Below, one piece after another: positions 61,153 to 64,000 of a stretch of 64,000 nt of DNA. The position numbers were made by a program, and so were the translations under genes. The notes beneath the pieces were generated by a model that was not told where the DNA came from, did not search any database, and worked only from the letters and a program-made list of their open reading frames with translations. The DNA comes from Oikopleura dioica. Taxonomy: Eukaryota; Animalia; Chordata. Each line of letters starts with the position of its first letter. Position 1 is the stretch's first letter. The DNA is taken from contig OU015566.1 in the NCBI GenBank assembly GCA_907165135.1, positions 7,440,001 through 7,504,000 on the forward strand. Direction: 5' to 3'.

Positions 61153-64000
61153 ATGCCGCTTTTCGCCGCTGGGGCGGGATCATCCCCTCCCGATTCTAGC
61201 AGCGAGCAAAAGCATGCGACTTATGTTGGCCAGATCGATCCTTCGACGATGCTCTCGATCATGCGAGTCAAGAGCGACAATCAACAGAACCAAAAACCCT
61301 TCTTTCCAGAACCAGTCCATGTCGACGACGAAGAAAATCAAGCGAAACAGAAGTCGGATAAGAAGAAGAAATCGAAAAAGTCGAAAAAGAAAAGCAAAAC
61401 CGACGAAAAAAGCGAGAAAACACGACTTCGACCAGGAGAAATCGAAACGAAAAAAGGCGTTTATTATTTGGATCAAGCTCCTGTTGGATCGCTGTTTTGT
61501 CTCGACAAGAAAGGGGACACTGAAAATCGCATTTTCCAGGTAACTAGATGAAATTTAATCGCCTTAGAAAATGATGGAAACTCGACAAGTAAAAAATTTC
61601 AATTATGAATTTTTAGAGAATCTACAACGGAGAGCTTCCAGTCTACAAACGCATCAATCGAGATATCGTCGGTCTTGAAAAATACTTATTCGAAGATAAG
61701 AAGAAATCAAAGAAGAAAAAGAAAAACGAAGTCGGCCGGTACTTCGACAAAAAGAACAGAAAACTGATCAAAGCAGCTCCAGCGGCAACGGCTCGTTCGA
61801 TGAAGAACAAAAACAGGGCGATGGAAGACGTCGACAGCCAGAAACCAAAACTGACGATGTACAGTACGGAATTGATTGAAGACTTCCACGAAGACAATGA
61901 AATTGAAATTTTGCAACTGCGGACTCGCGATTTCAACAGAAAGCTTCAAGAGTTTCCTGAAGACGTTTCGCTCTGGCTTGAATTCGTCGAATTTCAAGAC
62001 GAGCTATTTGAGGATCAAATAGAAAAGGCTCAAAATGGCAAGAACATCTCGCGAAAAGTGCTAAATGAGAAGAAAATCGCGATTCTGGATCGAGCACTGG
62101 ATGTTAATCAGAAATCGGTGCGACTCAGGAATGGGCTCGTCAAATTTTTCTGTGTGAAAACCTGAGTCAGGGTCAGTCAAATGTCTATTGATATGCTGCC
62201 CTGTTATCATTAATGAAATTCGATTTCACGCATTCAATTTTCTGAAAAAAATCTATTATTTCTGATTCAGGACCTGTTTCCAGGGCTTATTCTTGACAAA
62301 TTGTTAACAGGTTGTTGAGCCTAAAATCAGGGTAGCTTTGCTCCATTTCGGCAAAAAGATCTGGCCTCAAGAAGAGCTGCAAAAGCGATGGGAAGGACTA
62401 GTCTTTTCAAATCCGCATTTACCAGAACTATGGCGGGCGTTTTTGGACTCTCAATTCAACACGCCGCTGAAGGCGAAAATGAAATACTACCAGAAGCAAT
62501 TCGAGACACTTGGAGCAATCTCCGAAGGTTCGTACGCAACCACCCCTCCGGAAAACTTGGAGGATGAAATGATTATTAATTTGAATCACTTGACAGCTCA
62601 GTTGAGCCACTTGGGCCAGACAGAAAAAGGAAAAGGGTAAACAAGAGCTTAGTTTTTTCATTCACCCACAGCGCTTATCGTAATCAGCTTATTATTTACT
62701 AAACAAAAGGGCGTATGATAATAAGGGTCCACTGAAGAAAACCTTATTTTTTTGCCTGAAGCCCTTTCTCGTTACTTTTTCATCCCTTTTAAAAGCGACT
62801 GCGATTTATCAAGCCATGATTGAGTTGAATTACTTCTGCCCACCTGCTCTGCGAATGCGCAACCGCGAGAACAAGCTCAAGGAAAAGTTCTATCTATTTT
62901 TAAACGCTTCTCTAATTATGAAAAGTTGTCTTTGACAACTCTAGTGCATGTCTGTTCGTTGATCTTTGTTGATATAGAACTTGTTAAATTAGGCGGCGGA
63001 GCATTACTGGGAGTCGAATCTTCCACGCTGCGGCGAGGGTAGCCATGTCAGCTGGGCTGAATATTTTATCACTGCCGGCGCAAAGGCGAGGGTTGTCTCA
63101 CTAGTCGATCGATTGCACTCCAATTTCGGATGAATATTACTTTCATATTACCACTGGACATGCATTTGAGCATCGAATCCATGCCTAGTATATTTAATCA
63201 GCAGCAGAAATGTTCTATTTGTCAACCCGGCTCGGTAGAGATTCACAGAAGAAAACACGGACGAGCTGGACGAGAACGAGTTGAAGATGATCAATCAAGA
63301 CGAGGCGGCGGGCCTCAGCTGGGCACGGGTTGAGGTGGGCAAGGCACAAAGGTTAAATAGAATATTCCCACATCGCTTATTGGCTTTTATTGATGCTACG
63401 ACAAATTAGCGTGTGGAATTCTCGATTCAGCCTTTGTTTAGTAAACAAGGCGCTTTGAATGAAATTCAAGAGAGATCCTCTTCCTTGATTCCAATTATTT
63501 TTAAGGTGTACAGAGACAGAAGACATTGGCTACCACTCAGGAGTTTGGAAGACGATGACGATCTGGATGACCACGAGCGGCGCATTAAGTTCTCAGACAT
63601 CCGTAATGCTTTGTTCTGCCTCCCTGATGATCAATTATGCATTCGACTATTATTCAGCTTCCTGAGGTATTTTTTTGCTCTTTACTCACACTCACCGGCA
63701 GTTAAACATACTTGAGAATGTTTCTTTGTCCTTTTCATAGAAAGAGAGAAAGTCCTAATCCAAGATTTTAATCAAAAAATCGTAAATATTAATTAACAAA
63801 ATGCTCTTTCAGATACCTCGGCGCTCCAACGCTGTCAGACTCTGTCCCAGGCGACATCGTTTCCGACGAGTTCTTCCAACGTCAAATAGTTTCTCACGGG
63901 CAACTGTTCTATTCTTCAACCACAAGTACCGCCGCGCCCAAAAACATTGCCGATGCACTCAACTCGCTCACGAGCTGCCGCTTCTATCAACCACTGCCAC
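61153..64000 (+). CDS. NRDE2: NRDE2 homolog (nuclear RNAi/splicing factor), 3'-partial
   Basis: RTRDFNRKLQEFPEDVSLWLEFVEFQDEL, KKIAILDRAL, RWEGLVFSNP..LWRAFLD, TEK|ATAIYQAMIELNYFCP, HYWESNLPRCGE, HWLPLR..DDHERRIKFSDI. Confidence 0.9.

Noticed and set aside
1-64000. rRNA, tRNA, snRNA or autonomous transposon/retroelement ORFs
   Set aside because: None recognisable by eye. tRNAscan/Infernal and RepeatMasker would be needed to exclude them.

Overview
Eukaryotic, gene-dense genomic DNA. The many ~35-60 nt introns, non-canonical GA-AG/GC-AG introns, operon-like spacing and gene content point to a larvacean tunicate, probably Oikopleura (inference). No rRNA, tRNA, CRISPR or prokaryotic features were seen. 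I assembled about 25 spliced genes by hand. Recognisable ones: a homeobox gene, quaking (QKI), MAK/ICK kinase, a MIT-less VPS4-like AAA ATPase, a U1A/U2B''-family snRNP protein, TAF11 with an HTH extension, tropomyosin, TFAP2, a ubiquitin fragment, a chromodomain protein, SURF4, a Gal-3-O-sulfotransferase, a DsbA-like protein, a SCaMC/SLC25A24-type carrier and NRDE2. Main highlights: (1) quaking has two diverged alternative QUA1 dimerisation exons that splice in the same phase to one KH core, plus QKI-5/6-like alternative tails; (2) a 2.17-kb foldback element with ~880-bp near-identical arms and a 9-bp TSD sits inside an originally 44-nt intron; (3) two copies of an 8-bp-TSD MITE family; (4) GA-AG introns that homology requires; (5) an HTH-TAF11 fusion, a ubiquitin-fragment chimera ending in CCPQ, and several uncharacterised secreted proteins. 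Exon boundaries are manual and were not checked against RNA.
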